Shown: positions 27,272 to 37,449, counted from the first letter of the stretch. The stretch is DNA of 64,000 bases from Candidatus Doudnabacteria bacterium (GCA_041644975.1 JBAZQX010000002.1:84603-148602), one strand, 5' to 3'. Program-made: numbers and translations. The notes: generated by a model from the sequence alone, not told the origin.

Positions 27272-30200
27272 ATGAAAAAAATAAAGGGATTGCCAATCTT
27301 TGCCCACGCACCAGCCCCACACCTTTTTAAAAGGTGGGGGACTGTATGGGGTTTCACATTTTTTTGTGCGGCACTGGTTTTATTTTTAGTGAAGATTCCT
27401 TCTGCCCTTGCTTATGGCTCTTATGCAGTGAGTTTTGGAAGTTACGCAGAAGGGATGCTTTCGGGGTTGGATCAAGAAACAATTGAATTTTACAGCGATA
27501 TTCCCGCAGGGGTAGATAAAGTAATTTTAAGCGCGGTGGGCAACGATTGCGTGCGGCGCAGTATTGATTTGTGCGGCGGGAGTCAAGAACGTTGCGAAGT
27601 AAGCGCGACTCCGGGTTCGCGAATCTATTTCAATGTGAGTTTTGATATTACGCCTTGCGGTTCCAGCCCTTCTTTTTGGTATCGGACTTATGTTTTGAAA
27701 TCGGAAGGGAGCGGCAGTGCCGACAGCGGTTTCTCCGCGAGAGCAAATGGGGAGCAGTGCAGCGCAAACAGCGAATGTCAGTCTGGATATTGCAACAATG
27801 GTTATTGTTGCACAGGGAATGTCTGTTGCGCGACTGACAGCGATTGTGCGAGCGATGCCTATTGCGGCTCTGATTATATTTGTTATTTTCAAGAAAATGA
27901 TGGTGCTTCCTGCAACCGTGCAAGGCAGTGCAAGGGCGGTTATTGTACAAATAACAAATGTAGTTCAAGTGCCTCTACTTGCGGCGATTATTATTGCGAT
28001 ACAGGAGAGACTTGCGCGAGTTGCCCGATGGATTGTGGAATCTGTAAAAAAGCGGATGGCGATTCTTGCGACTATGCTTCTCTATGCCAAGGTGGCTATT
28101 GTAATGGAGGGCGATGCGGTTCCAGCCCTTATTATTGCGGCAATGCTTATTGCGATGCGGGCGAAACCTGTGCTAATTGCGTTCGCGACTGCGGCGCTTG
28201 CCCGCGGCAAAATGGCGCCGTTTGCGATTACGATGATGATTGCGCAAGTAAACACTGCGTCCACGGCAAGTGTCGGGCAGGTGAGACTTATTGCGGGGAC
28301 AGCGAATGTGATGCGGCGGAAACCTGCGAGACTTGCGCTCGCGACTGCGGCGCCTGCGACAGTGCGGCTTGCACCAAAGATTCAGATTGTGCAGGCGGGC
28401 ATTGTGTGCACAAGAAGTGCCGTAATGAAACAACTTACTGCGGCGATGACGTTTGCGACTCGGGCGAGACTTGCGCAAAGTGCCAGCAGGATTGCTGCGG
28501 CTCGGATTTGCGTGTTTCTTTTTCTACGATGCGCTTGCAGTTGAAACCAGGGGACACGGGTAACTTAGAGATTAATTTTAGAAATGTAGCAAAATCTACT
28601 GCTGATAATGTTTATTGGAGCATCCTTGTGGATAAAGACGAATTGCTTGTTATTTCTCCTAAAGATAAAAATATTGGCACAGTGAAAGGCTCTAGTGAGT
28701 TATCCAAAGAAATAAAGATTACGGCGAAGTCTGCAGGCACGGCTTATTTGGCAATACATATTCGGGGCAATAATTTTGGCAGTATTCTGAAATTCGTCCA
28801 AGTGAATATTGAGGGAGGACTCGCGCTTGATGTGCCGGAGTCTATTTTTTTATTGCCTCAAGAAGAAAATGATTTCGGCGTTTTTGTGATTAACCAAGGC
28901 AATGAGTCAGCGCAAGTAAAGGGTTTAACCTTGGAGAGTCTGAATCCGAACGTTGTGGAGATTAAAGAGGGAGGAATAATGGAAGTGAGAGGACAGGGGC
29001 AGGGTATTAAACCAGACCAACTTTTTACTACCGAGAGTGAAGATATTTTGAAAATGATCTCCCCGCGACCGAAAATTCAGGGTCGGGACGCAGGGGAAAC
29101 TGAACTTGTTTTTAAACTTAAGTATTATCTTCCGGGGAGTAATCGCGAGGAAAGTCTAGAAAAGAGGACTAAGGTGAAAGTCGGCGCTACGCGTGGAGGC
29201 AAACAAAGTTTGCTTGATTTGCAAATCATTCCAGCCGGCATTGCTTTGGAAATAGGGGAGGCAAGAGAGTTAAAATTAGTTCTCAAAAACAAAGGCAGTG
29301 AAATCGTTAAGCAAGGTGTGATTAGAATCACTAAATCCAAGATTACCTATTTTGAATCCACCGCGGAGGTGCGCTTCGGTTTTATTGAGCCGGGGCAAGA
29401 AGCGACCGCGAAGATTGACCTTGTCGCCACAGATGAATTCCCGCCGCTTTTAAAGAAACTTGCCAAGGAGGGGGAATTAGCCATTACTGATCCTTTGTCT
29501 TTGGCAGTAGAGTATCAAACCGTGGACGGTCGCAAGTTTCAATTTCAGGACGAGATTAAAGTTTCGTTGGTGGAGAAGCGCGCCCAGTGCAAATCTAATG
29601 ACCCAGCGTGCGTTAGGGCTGTGAATTGTCTGGTAGAACTTTCCAATGCGATGAGCTGCACTCTAGAACTAGCGGATGTGATTCCATATTTAGACAAACC
29701 TGTGGCTGTGGTCCTTGCTACCGCTGATGTGTGTGAAATTGGGCAGAGGAGAGCAGGAGGTGATAGTATTGGTGCGGCGGTCTCGGCGCTTTTGATGGCG
29801 TCGGACGTAGCGGATAATGCCGCGGACGCAGTGCCGGGCGCGGGCAATTTGGCTTCCACTTTTGCGGATATCGTGGAGGGCGCAGCTGATTGCGCCGAAG
29901 GTTTTGTGCATAGCGGGGTGGATCAATATTGCGCCGGCGGCAGTGGCAAGGGTTATACCGGTTGTGCGGAAAATATTTTTAAGACCATTGCGGAGATTTC
30001 TGGTAAAGCGACAGAGCCAGCCGCCGTGCGGAAAATGGTGGTCGCTATGGTAGGCTCGCCCGTCGCCATCGCTGTCGTAGATAGTGAAGGCAAGGTTTTA
30101 ACTCCCCGGGACGGCGTTATTGTTTTACAGCAAGGGGATTTGAAACTCATTCTCATCAAAAATCCGCAGGATTTAATGGGAAGAAGCGTAAATTTTAAAA

Positions 30201-30529
30201 TTATGGGCGAGGATAATGGCAAATACAGTGTGCAGTTAGGTTTGATTGATAATGGTTCTTTAGTCAAAACGCGCGAATTAAAGGACAAAAAGATTAAACA
30301 AGATGAAGAGGTTTTAATTCCTTTGGGTGTCCGCAGTACTTCTAGCGCTCAATTGACCGATCTTTTACTGGGAAAAAGGGAGGTGGCGCGGCTGGGTCAT
30401 AAAGGATTTTTAGATACGATTTTAGACTCCCCGCGTCTATTCAAAAGCCTATTAGCTATTTTTGTTATTTTACTTGGTGGAGCAAGCGCTTTTTGGGTGT
30501 TGCGGAAGATTAAGCAGTCAAAAAGATAA
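27272..30529 (+). CDS. Large surface protein: Cys-rich repeats, Ig/CARDB-like domains, helical domain, C-terminal TM
   Basis: CGD..CD.GETC..C..DCG and C..DSDC.GG.C repeats; NV/NQG/NKG Ig-like strands; C-terminal anchor. Confidence 0.85.
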   Translation: MKKIKGLPIFAHAPAPHLFKRWGTVWGFTFFCAALVLFLVKIPSALAYGSYAVSFGSYAEGMLSGLDQETIEFYSDIPAGVDKVILSAVGNDCVRRSIDLCGGSQERCEVSATPGSRIYFNVSFDITPCGSSPSFWYRTYVLKSEGSGSADSGFSARANGEQCSANSECQSGYCNNGYCCTGNVCCATDSDCASDAYCGSDYICYFQENDGASCNRARQCKGGYCTNNKCSSSASTCGDYYCDTGETCASCPMDCGICKKADGDSCDYASLCQGGYCNGGRCGSSPYYCGNAYCDAGETCANCVRDCGACPRQNGAVCDYDDDCASKHCVHGKCRAGETYCGDSECDAAETCETCARDCGACDSAACTKDSDCAGGHCVHKKCRNETTYCGDDVCDSGETCAKCQQDCCGSDLRVSFSTMRLQLKPGDTGNLEINFRNVAKSTADNVYWSILVDKDELLVISPKDKNIGTVKGSSELSKEIKITAKSAGTAYLAIHIRGNNFGSILKFVQVNIEGGLALDVPESIFLLPQEENDFGVFVINQGNESAQVKGLTLESLNPNVVEIKEGGIMEVRGQGQGIKPDQLFTTESEDILKMISPRPKIQGRDAGETELVFKLKYYLPGSNREESLEKRTKVKVGATRGGKQSLLDLQIIPAGIALEIGEARELKLVLKNKGSEIVKQGVIRITKSKITYFESTAEVRFGFIEPGQEATAKIDLVATDEFPPLLKKLAKEGELAITDPLSLAVEYQTVDGRKFQFQDEIKVSLVEKRAQCKSNDPACVRAVNCLVELSNAMSCTLELADVIPYLDKPVAVVLATADVCEIGQRRAGGDSIGAAVSALLMASDVADNAADAVPGAGNLASTFADIVEGAADCAEGFVHSGVDQYCAGGSGKGYTGCAENIFKTIAEISGKATEPAAVRKMVVAMVGSPVAIAVVDSEGKVLTPRDGVIVLQQGDLKLILIKNPQDLMGRSVNFKIMGEDNGKYSVQLGLIDNGSLVKTRELKDKKIKQDEEVLIPLGVRSTSSAQLTDLLLGKREVARLGHKGFLDTILDSPRLFKSLLAIFVILLGGASAFWVLRKIKQSKR

Positions 30530-30548
30530 CCTATTATTCTATAAATAG

Positions 30549-30699
30549 GACTTCCGCGTTTCATAATAATTAAACTTGGATATTTATTGTCATTCCCATC
30601 CCGTAATGAATACAGGGTAAACTCCAGCGGGAATCCAGGATTAGTGCCTCCGACCTGGATCCCCGATCAGGTCGGGGATGACATGAAACGCGAAAGATC
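30549..30699. repeat. Palindromic element (GTCATTCCC..GGGAATCC..GGATCCCCGATCAGGTCGGGGATGAC) with outer IRs
   Basis: Outer CTTCCGCGTTTCAT/ATGAAACGCGAAAG; 30589-30638 is an inverted homolog of 56036-56082. Confidence 0.75.
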
Positions 30700-30880
30700 T
30701 GATGTTTTTAATTGAAACATTGCATTTTAGGGAAAATGTGCTAAAGTAGTTAGATGTTTTCGGGAAGGAGGGAAACATCAAAAAGTTTTGTTTTCTGTTC
30801 TTTCATAAATAAGAGCCGCAGGGGGCGGAATATTGGGTTAGGCTCTTTTTTTGTTTTTTAGCGAAGGGAGGAATTGTGGT

Positions 30881-32044
30881 ATGGCTCGGAAAGAAGTCAA
30901 TGTGGGTTTAATCGGTTACATGTTTATGGGCAAGGCGCACAGCCACGCTTATCACGATGTAGCCATGTTTTTTAATATGGACGCAAAACCAATAATGAAG
31001 GCGATCTGCGGACGTAATGAAAAAGGCGTGAAAGAGGCATCGGAGAAATTCGGCTGGGAAAGCTATGAGACGGATTGGGAAAAACTGGTGCGGCGCGATG
31101 ATATTGATCTTATTGATATCTGCGCGCCAACCAATATGCATAGGGATATTGCCATTGCCGCGGCGAAAGCGGGAAAACACATTATTTGCGAAAAACCCTT
31201 GGCTATGGATCTAGAAGAAGCGCAGGAAATGTGGGACGCGGTTGATGAAGCGCGCGTGATCAATATGGTCAACTTCAATTATCGTAAAGTTCCGGCAATC
31301 GCGCTTGCAAAAAAGATGATTGACGATGGAAAGCTTGGTAAAATCTATCACTTCCGCAGTGTCTATCTGCAGGACTGGATATTGAGTCCGGATTTCCCAA
31401 TCGTATGGCGTTTGGATAAAAGCGTTGCCGGTTCGGGCTCTCTTGGAGACCTTGGCGCTCATATAGTGGACCTTGCCAGATATCTTGTTGGTGATTTTGA
31501 CCGCGTGGTGGGAATGGAAGAAACCTTTATTAAGGAACGTCCTGTATCCGCAACAGGAATGGATGGTAAGTTATCAGCGACCGCGACGGACAAAAGTGTT
31601 AAGGGTATGGTTACGGTTGACGATGCCACTCTGTTTTTGGCTAGATTTGAAAATGGCGCTGTGGCGACTTTTGAGGCTACAAGGTTTGCCGCTGGAAGGA
31701 AGAATTACAACAGTTTTGAAATCAACGGAGAAAAAGGCAGTATAGTATTCAACCTTGAAAGAATGAACGAGCTGGAATACTACAATGTTGATGATCCTGT
31801 CGGATTGCAGGGATTCAGGACAATTCTGGCAACTGATCCGTCTCATCCGTATATGGGAGCTTGGTGGCCGCCAGCGCATATCATCGGGTATGAGCATACA
31901 TTTATTCACCAGATATATGAGCTGATGCAGGCTATAGCCAGTGGTAAATCGGCATCTCCAGACTTTGAAGACGGCTTGAAATGTCAAAGAGTGTTGGAAG
32001 CTGTGAGCTGTTCAATAGCTGACGATGGATGGGTTTATGTGTAA
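30881..32044 (+). CDS. Gfo/Idh/MocA family NAD(P)-dependent sugar oxidoreductase
   Basis: VGLIGYMFMGKAH, CEKPLA, GSLGDLGAHIVD, WWPPAHIIGYEHTF. Confidence 0.93.
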   Translation: MARKEVNVGLIGYMFMGKAHSHAYHDVAMFFNMDAKPIMKAICGRNEKGVKEASEKFGWESYETDWEKLVRRDDIDLIDICAPTNMHRDIAIAAAKAGKHIICEKPLAMDLEEAQEMWDAVDEARVINMVNFNYRKVPAIALAKKMIDDGKLGKIYHFRSVYLQDWILSPDFPIVWRLDKSVAGSGSLGDLGAHIVDLARYLVGDFDRVVGMEETFIKERPVSATGMDGKLSATATDKSVKGMVTVDDATLFLARFENGAVATFEATRFAAGRKNYNSFEINGEKGSIVFNLERMNELEYYNVDDPVGLQGFRTILATDPSHPYMGAWWPPAHIIGYEHTFIHQIYELMQAIASGKSASPDFEDGLKCQRVLEAVSCSIADDGWVYV

Positions 32045-32097
32045 TTTATTGGGATACTGAAAAGACAAGAAAGGAGAAAAGAAGGGTGGGAGGAAAG

Positions 32098-32373
32098 ATG
32101 GGCTTGGAAAAAACATACAAAATAATTTTTAAATCAGTTGATCCAGATAAAACAGTTGCCACGGTATCTACTATTAAAAGAATTTTGAAGTCTCTATCAT
32201 TGAAAGAGGTTAAAGATGCTTTTGATAATTGCCGTCAAACCGGTCAGCCACAAACCTTGCAAGGGGGGTTAACCGAGGACGAGGTCTTGCAGTTCATAGA
32301 GGAGATCCAAACAAATTTAAAGGATAAAGGTCTAGACTCGGCTAGCGTTGATTTTGAGGCTGAAAACCTTTGA
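32098..32373 (+). CDS. Small protein resembling the ribosomal L7/L12 C-terminal domain
   Basis: GGAGG SD; YKIIFKSV..DKTVATVSTIKRILKSLSLKEVKDAFD..PQTLQGGLTEDE. Confidence 0.55.
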   Translation: MGLEKTYKIIFKSVDPDKTVATVSTIKRILKSLSLKEVKDAFDNCRQTGQPQTLQGGLTEDEVLQFIEEIQTNLKDKGLDSASVDFEAENL

Positions 32374-32550
32374 CAAACATCAAGTTTTGGTCTTAGATGA
32401 GGCTGTATAAGTATGGGCTGGGTTTAATGAATTAGTCTTTGTTAAAAATCAACTTAAAGGAGAGGAAGGTAGCAGGTCGGTTCGGGTTCTGTTTTTTAAG
32501 CAAAAAACCGGACGGATTAAGACCGTCCAAAGAAGAAGGAGAAAAGAAAG

Positions 32551-33567
32551 ATGGCAAGAAAAGTGACTCTTTTTACAGGACAATGGGCGGATTTGCCCCT
32601 AGAAAAGCTTGCAATCATGGCAAAAAAGTTTGGCTATGATGGGCTTGAACTTGCTTGTTGGGGCGACCATTTTGACGTAAATGCCGCGTTGAAGAATGAG
32701 AATTACTGCAGAGACAGGTATTCAATTCTGCGCAATCAGGGACTTGGAGTTTGGGTAATCAGCAACCACCTTGCTGGACAGGCGGTTTGCGACAACATTG
32801 ATCAAAGGCATAAAAGTATACTTCCTCCTCATATATGGGGAGATGGAGATCCTGAAGGTGTAAGACAGAGGGCTGCAGAGGAAATGAAAAATACAGCGAG
32901 AGCCGCCGCAAGACTTGCTGAAGCAGCCGGACATAAGATTGATGTTTGTGGTTTTACAGGATCAAGCATCTGGCATTTGCTATATTCTTTCCCGCCAGTA
33001 ACACCAGACATGATTGACACTGGATATAAAGACTTTGCAGACAGATGGAATCCGATTCTTGACGTTTTTGACGAGGTTGGCGTAAAATTCGCTCTGGAGG
33101 CGCACCCAACGGAGATAGCATTTGACGCATGTTCAGCAGCGAGAGCAGTTGAGGCATTAGGTGGACGCAAAGCTTTCGGCTTCAATTATGATCCAAGCCA
33201 TCTTGGTTATCAGGGCGTTGATTATGTCGAATTTATCCGCATGTTTGGGGATCGCATATATCACGTTCACATGAAAGATGTTGGCTGGTCATCAGTACCA
33301 AAGCTATCAGGCGTATTTGGTGGTCATCTGAATTTCGGTGACGTAAATCGTTACTGGGATTTCCGTTCACTAGGTCGTGGAAACATAGATTTTGAAGAAA
33401 TTATCAGGATGCTCAATAGAGTCAACTATCAAGGTCCATTGAGTGTTGAATGGGAAGATTCAGGTATGGATCGTGAGCATGGCGCCGTTGAAGCCTGCGA
33501 GTTTGTGAAGTCATTAGATTTTCCGCCTTCAGCTACAGCGTTTGATGCCGCGTTTGAGAAAAAGTAA
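32551..33567 (+). CDS. Sugar phosphate isomerase/epimerase (xylose isomerase-like TIM barrel)
   Basis: [49 protein letters not shown]. Confidence 0.93.
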   Translation: MARKVTLFTGQWADLPLEKLAIMAKKFGYDGLELACWGDHFDVNAALKNENYCRDRYSILRNQGLGVWVISNHLAGQAVCDNIDQRHKSILPPHIWGDGDPEGVRQRAAEEMKNTARAAARLAEAAGHKIDVCGFTGSSIWHLLYSFPPVTPDMIDTGYKDFADRWNPILDVFDEVGVKFALEAHPTEIAFDACSAARAVEALGGRKAFGFNYDPSHLGYQGVDYVEFIRMFGDRIYHVHMKDVGWSSVPKLSGVFGGHLNFGDVNRYWDFRSLGRGNIDFEEIIRMLNRVNYQGPLSVEWEDSGMDREHGAVEACEFVKSLDFPPSATAFDAAFEKK

Positions 33568-33581
33568 TTTTTTATTGATAC

Positions 33582-33609
33582 CCTGCAATCGCTTGATTGC
33601 AGGTTTTTT
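33582..33609 (+). terminator. Rho-independent terminator
   Basis: CCTGCAATC-GCTT-GATTGCAGG followed by T-tract. Confidence 0.8.
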
Positions 33610-33694
33610 ATTCTTTGAAACTATGTTAAAATAGATCTAAGGTTATAAGCAAGCCGTCTACAAAAATAAAGATCAAAAAATAACTTAAAAAAAT

Positions 33695-36067
33695 ATGCCT
33701 AAGAAAAAATTATTACTAGGGATTTTGATTCCAGTCGGCGTTTTGATTTTAATCGTTGTCGGCTTGTTGGTCTGGGGTTTTAGGGTACGTAAAAGCTTTT
33801 CCGCGAGGCAAAATATTACTGTTGATTTGCCGCAAGAAATGGATTACCAAAATTTAAATCCGAGCGACCAAAAGAAACTTTTACAGGATATTAAAAAGAG
33901 CCTTCCAAATAAGATTGTTCCGAATAGAGAAGGGCAGCCGGTGCGGATTGTTCAGGATGTGGTCTTGAGCCAAAATCAAAAAGCGTTGCCTGCGGGATTA
34001 AAACCGCTTAGCGGCGATAAACTTCTGGAGAGCACACCTGCTCAAACTCTTCCTCTTTCCAGCCAACCTCAAGCCGCGCCCGAGAAAACAGATGTTAAGG
34101 GAGCTTCTCGCGCGAAACAAGTTCAAGGGATGAAGATAGTTGCTAATCAGAGCGGCTCGGAACAGGAAGAAGAAATTAACTGGCCGGCGCTTGCCTATTC
34201 TTATAATGTGCCGCCGGGCGGTCAGGATAAGGGCGCGGAGTATAAGGAAATGGTGAAGATTATGGAGCTCACTAAAAAATATTATCCCACACTGGTCAAA
34301 TATTATGGCGAGCCTTTTAATGTTAAAAATCGGTTTTTGATGTTTGTTTATGACCCCGCGGCTGAATTTTCCGTCTTTCTTCCCCAATACGATACAATTA
34401 TCTTAGCAAGTTCCAGACCTTGGGAAGTGATTCCCGCTTTTGTCGCCGCGTTTCAAAGCAATTTTTACTCTGTGATTCCGGAAACTTGGAGAGACGGCAT
34501 GGTTTATGCCGTAGCGCAACTCGCGATTCGGCAATTTCCAGAGGATTGGCCTCGCGATCCGATGATGGATTTAATCGTTCAGGGTGTGGAAGGCAGTTAT
34601 GAAAAATATAATGTGGCGGCCTATCCCATCTGCGGCGCAAAGACCATTTATCTTAATGATTTCCCTGATTTTGCTTGGAAACGTCCTTTTTTAGCAGCCG
34701 CGGCGTGGCTTAAAATTTATCAATACGACCCAGAGTTTTTTCGCCGAATGAATATTGAGCTTTATGGCAATTCCCTGGATAGCGAAATCTGGCAGGATGA
34801 AATGAAGGTCTTTCTACGCACCAAGAATATTTTTTATCCCGAGATTGAAAAGTTTACACCGGACTCTTGGTATAATAATCAGCATGTTTTACATCAAACA
34901 CAAACCAATCCCATTGTTTTTTTAATGTGGGCGCTTTTTGGCAGCACCTTTGTGGCGGAGGATAATGGGATTCATCTGTATGAATTCAAATCCGTGAATG
35001 CCGGGCAAGGGACGCGTTTTGAACCCCGCCAGGATCGCTCGCATACGCTTCAAATTTACAATGACCGTGTTTTATTAAAAACTATTAGCCGCAATACGGA
35101 CGCGCGCGGTCAGATTGACATTCCTCTCGCGGAAGCAGGAACTTTAAGTAACGGTCGCTATGAAGTGAGATATAGTGAGGAAATCATCCCTATTAACTAT
35201 GCCTACTTTACGGAAAAACCGTATGCCTTATATGGAAGCGTGGATAACTTTGGGGAAGGGAAAATTTTAGCTTATGATCAGAACCAAAATCTGTTGGGAG
35301 AGGCGCAGATTTCCGCAGGCGCTTTTCGTTTTGAGAGACACTTTCAGGGCGTGATTAAATTAGATGTTCAAGATTATTTGGGTGATATTCCTTTACATAA
35401 GGAGCTTTCCAAACCCGAAGGTTCATATTATGTCGCCCTCGCTTCGCGCTCCTCCTCTTATGAGCCGGAGGAATCAGGCTCGCGTGGCGCTCCGCCGATT
35501 GGCGAAGGTGAGGCAACCGCGCCGAAGAGCGAGGATACTTCTCCCGCTCTTCGCAATGTAGTGCCTCCAGCGTCGCAGATAGAAGGACTACCGAATACTT
35601 TTATTTCCGACAAGTATAAATTTAAGATTAGTTATCCAGATGATTTTGACGCGACGGATACCACTAAATTACAGGGACCAAACCTGACTCCTGATATTCC
35701 TATCAAAAGCGAACAAGCGGCGCAGTTTATGGAAAAGAATAAGAAAATCGGCGCAAAAGAGGTGGGGATTATTTGGCATTCCAATCCGGATAAATCGTTG
35801 AAAAGTTTTGCTAAATATTATACGTCTATAACAGCAACAGAGGCGCAGTATGGCGCCCTGACCATTAACGGTCGGGAGGTAGTCACCGCGGAATATAAAG
35901 TGACGCCGGGGGTGCCAGGCAATCCAGCCGCGCGGCTCCCCGAGGTGGAAATGAAAAGTTATTTCATAAACCGGGGGACTGATGTTTTTATTTTTGGTTG
36001 CACTCTGGATAAAGAGAGCCAGGATCTGCTCAATAAAATGATTCAGACCTTTGATTTTGTGCAATAA
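33695..36067 (+). CDS. Membrane-anchored 790-aa protein with a possibly degenerate gluzincin-like domain and C-terminal PsbP-like domain
   Basis: N-terminal TM; VIPAFVAAF..TWRDGM; YKFKISYP...LTING....KMIQTFDF. Confidence 0.7.
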   Translation: MPKKKLLLGILIPVGVLILIVVGLLVWGFRVRKSFSARQNITVDLPQEMDYQNLNPSDQKKLLQDIKKSLPNKIVPNREGQPVRIVQDVVLSQNQKALPAGLKPLSGDKLLESTPAQTLPLSSQPQAAPEKTDVKGASRAKQVQGMKIVANQSGSEQEEEINWPALAYSYNVPPGGQDKGAEYKEMVKIMELTKKYYPTLVKYYGEPFNVKNRFLMFVYDPAAEFSVFLPQYDTIILASSRPWEVIPAFVAAFQSNFYSVIPETWRDGMVYAVAQLAIRQFPEDWPRDPMMDLIVQGVEGSYEKYNVAAYPICGAKTIYLNDFPDFAWKRPFLAAAAWLKIYQYDPEFFRRMNIELYGNSLDSEIWQDEMKVFLRTKNIFYPEIEKFTPDSWYNNQHVLHQTQTNPIVFLMWALFGSTFVAEDNGIHLYEFKSVNAGQGTRFEPRQDRSHTLQIYNDRVLLKTISRNTDARGQIDIPLAEAGTLSNGRYEVRYSEEIIPINYAYFTEKPYALYGSVDNFGEGKILAYDQNQNLLGEAQISAGAFRFERHFQGVIKLDVQDYLGDIPLHKELSKPEGSYYVALASRSSSYEPEESGSRGAPPIGEGEATAPKSEDTSPALRNVVPPASQIEGLPNTFISDKYKFKISYPDDFDATDTTKLQGPNLTPDIPIKSEQAAQFMEKNKKIGAKEVGIIWHSNPDKSLKSFAKYYTSITATEAQYGALTINGREVVTAEYKVTPGVPGNPAARLPEVEMKSYFINRGTDVFIFGCTLDKESQDLLNKMIQTFDFVQ

Positions 36068-36097
36068 ATTGATTAACTTTCTAAAAAGGAGGTTAAA

Positions 36098-37006
36098 ATG
36101 AAAATCAGACATTGGATTTTAATTCCTATTCTAATGGGGTCATTAGCTATTTTGCCCGGTTGCACTGGTTATGAAATTTTGGATGTCGCTTTTGAAATTG
36201 CGGATGACATGTTCCATTTAAGCGGCGATGATGACGGTGAGGGTTTGACTAATCATCAAGAAGAGAGCGCGCATACCAATCCTGATGATTTCGACACCGA
36301 TGATGATGGACTGAACGATTATCAAGAGGTGAGGATTTACAAAACGGATCCTAATAATCCTGATACGGACGGCGATGGGATGATGGATGGGCCTGAAGTG
36401 TATGCGGGACGCAATCCCCTCGTGCCTGATAATCCTTCGTCCGATACCACGGCTAGCCGTGGCGGAACAGAAGAGGAGGGAGCAACGCCTCAAGAAGAGC
36501 AGGCTGATACTCCGTCTGCCGTTTCACCGCCTACACCCGCGGAGAGCGATCCAGCGTCCGAAGATACGGTTTCCACTGCCTCAGGACATACCTATCTTAA
36601 TGAAGCCTGCCGTTTTTCTTTCTATTATCCCAGTGGCTGGGAGATTAAAAGCGCGGAATTTTATACAATGCTTGACGGCACTAAGGCGGATTTCCCGACA
36701 GTGATTCTGGGTAGGAGCGGGAGTAGCACTAATGACGACATTGCCTTGAATATGCGCCAGGCTTTTTGTATGACCGTGGAGCCATACGATAAGAAGACAG
36801 AGAGCGCCGGTACGAGAGAAGTGAATATCTACACTTATTATAGCGCTGATCGCAAAACAAAAATTGGCGGTTGTTTAGAAGCAGAAGTAGAGGCACTTAA
36901 TATGAAGGGCAAAACGATGACCTATACCTTTATTTCGCAATCCAATGATTCCATAGTTCTATCCGCTTTCAAAGAAGCAGTCAAAACGTTCAAAGTGATA
37001 AAATAA
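36098..37006 (+). CDS. Lipoprotein with thrombospondin-type-3-like Ca-binding repeats and PsbP-like domain
   Basis: LPGC lipobox; DTDDDGLND.QE, DTDGDGMMDG.E; FSFYYPSGW...VKTFK. Confidence 0.8.
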   Translation: MKIRHWILIPILMGSLAILPGCTGYEILDVAFEIADDMFHLSGDDDGEGLTNHQEESAHTNPDDFDTDDDGLNDYQEVRIYKTDPNNPDTDGDGMMDGPEVYAGRNPLVPDNPSSDTTASRGGTEEEGATPQEEQADTPSAVSPPTPAESDPASEDTVSTASGHTYLNEACRFSFYYPSGWEIKSAEFYTMLDGTKADFPTVILGRSGSSTNDDIALNMRQAFCMTVEPYDKKTESAGTREVNIYTYYSADRKTKIGGCLEAEVEALNMKGKTMTYTFISQSNDSIVLSAFKEAVKTFKVIK

Positions 37007-37066
37007 TCAAGACTGGAAAATATTCAATTTTTGGCAGTTTTTTAATTTTTCAATTAACATAAAACA

Positions 37067-37270
37067 ATGCGCACCGAACAAGAGATCCAAACCAAACTTT
37101 CTGAACTTGAAAAAGAGTTAGCAGAAATAGAAGAAGGTTTTGACGATGAGATTGAAATGGCGGAGGATGATGACAATGCGAAGGAAGCAGAAAATTTGGA
37201 AGGTGAAAAGGAGATTAAGATTAAAAAATTAGAGAAGCAGGTGGAAATTTTGAAGTGGATTTTAAGCTAA
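37067..37270 (+). CDS. Small acidic coiled-coil protein
   Basis: MRTEQEI...VEILKWIL. Confidence 0.7.
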   Translation: MRTEQEIQTKLSELEKELAEIEEGFDDEIEMAEDDDNAKEAENLEGEKEIKIKKLEKQVEILKWILS

Positions 37271-37290
37271 AAAGTCTTTGGCGTGAATAA

Positions 37291-37449
37291 ACCCCGTTAG
37301 ACCCCATTAGAAATTTATTTCTAATGGGGTAAAATAAATCTCGCCTGTTTTGGGCGAGGTTTATTGTTTATACTTCCATTATGGTTTATTCCGTCCAGGA
37401 TAATAACGGAATAGTTTATCCCGTTAGATGTTTGCTATATAACGGGGTT
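37291..37449. repeat. Cluster of CCCCGTTAG..CTAACGGGG palindromes
   Basis: ACCCCGTTAG ACCCCATTAGAAATTTATTTCTAATGGGGT; CCCGTTAGATGTTTGCTATATAACGGG. Confidence 0.8.

Noticed and set aside
27527-28544. Several long overlapping alternative-frame ORFs in the Cys-rich region
   Set aside because: Shadow ORFs caused by GC-rich, TGC-rich repetitive coding; the same applies to most short antisense ORFs in the track.
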